Shown here one piece after another: positions 62,826 to 64,000 of a DNA stretch of 64,000 nucleotides. The notes under the pieces were generated by a model that saw only the letters and a list, made by a program, of their open reading frames with translations, was not told the origin of the DNA and made no database searches. This DNA comes from Mytilus trossulus (lineage: Eukaryota), in assembly GCF_036588685.1 (NCBI RefSeq), contig NC_086386.1, positions 43,710,001 through 43,774,000 on the forward strand, read 5' to 3'. The position numbers and the translations under genes were made by a program. Every line of letters starts with the position of its first letter. Positions within the stretch are counted from its first letter, which is position 1.

Positions 62826-63914
62826 TCAGTCGGAAACCAGGTTGAAAAAGAACAAAAGAATCGAAGCTCTTTATTAGAGAAGGCGATAAATGTTTACTGT
62901 ATTGTTTACTATAGTGTCAAAAATTTTAAAAGTGAATAGAAACAAACAAAATTGCAATTTTCTTCTCAATAACAAGGAGTTTTATATTAAAACACCTTTT
63001 GCATAAGTTTTCAATTTATCTAGTTCATAGTTAAGCAGAACAATAAGTTATCAAGTCGACGACATGGGTATCTTTCAAGTTGGATGACAAAAATGCATAA
63101 CCTCCGATTTTTTGGAAAAAATTACCACGGACGGATAACATATCAATCTATCAGTTTCGTAATTTTCGTGTCTGCCCTTCCATTATGTGACTGAAGAAAA
63201 AAATCCAAAAAATGGGAAACAATTGTATCGAAAAGAGAAAATCGAGTGCACCTTTTTATGTTAGGGCGTGTTTGAGATGAGTATTTTGTCTTGACATCGG
63301 AGAAAGTAAGAATATTTCATACATCGTCTCGCTTCAGATTCTATTATTTTTATATATTAAAGCTACAGGTTGACGTTATAACACAAAAAAATCACAGTAC
63401 TAAAAGATGAAATATATGGGTCAAGTAAATACCTATCTAATGAGTCACAAAAACAGAGAAAGTGTGTTCGAAAAGTTATTTTTTTACTGAAAGTACTTGA
63501 CGACAGTCTTTTAAGATGGATGATGAAAATGCATATCTTCGAAAAGTTCTATTTTTGTGTGAGTGATAACTAGAGTTTATAGTTTTCATACACTAAACAA
63601 ATCTAGTCTGCCCTTCCACGAAATATTTAATTAGAATTTTTTTAAATGTTTATGAATTTTCGAAAATTCCACCTGACACCCGATTAAACAATAGTTTAAA
63701 GTGGAATCAATGGAGACAAGATAATTAACTGATAGCTAGTTGATACATTTGTCTTTAAATATACATCTGACATATAAGGATCGTAATGGTGCAATGTGGA
63801 TAAACTTATCGGTTTCCAAGAGCAAAATTGGTAGCGCGTCATCCCTACAATGGCTTCCGTTTCTACGATTGTGAAAATTAACTGGCGTAATGGGGAGATA
63901 ATTTTGACGAAGTG
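62826..63914 (-). mobile_element. ~1.1-kb unclassified dispersed repeat, inverted copy of 34641-35735
   Basis: Reverse-complement similarity along the whole length. Confidence 0.85.
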
Positions 63915-64000
63915 GGCGCTACGGGAGAATAACACCTCCCAAAACAAAATCTATCAAATTTATTCGTTCATAGTGTGTAAATATACGTTTCTTGGTTGAG

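Overview
AT-rich eukaryotic genomic DNA, most likely a bivalve mollusc (Mytilus-like, inferred from the repeat families and the HSP70 sequence). It contains three gene regions. (1) The 5' part of a minus-strand TRIM gene: a RING/B-box exon (4199-4684) and a 96-nt coiled-coil exon (2357-2452). (2) A complete plus-strand EF-hand/nicotinamidase gene (Naam/PNC1-like, 12669-37494, ~358-360 aa). I reconstructed it exon by exon; it has two paralogous, mutually incompatible first coding exons. (3) A four-member HSP70 cluster (45.0-59.5 kb): one intact but atypical gene (catalytic-loop Thr replaced, lid deletion, no EEVD) and three pseudogenes. The rest is dense with mobile DNA: Helentron/HINE-like elements, several MITE classes with identifiable TIRs/TSDs (often nested), long palindromes, mini/satellite arrays, CR1/L2 and Penelope-like relics, degraded SINEs and decayed hammerhead-ribozyme (retrozyme-like) repeats. 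There is one 176-N assembly gap. All calls are by manual reading; no database searches were run.
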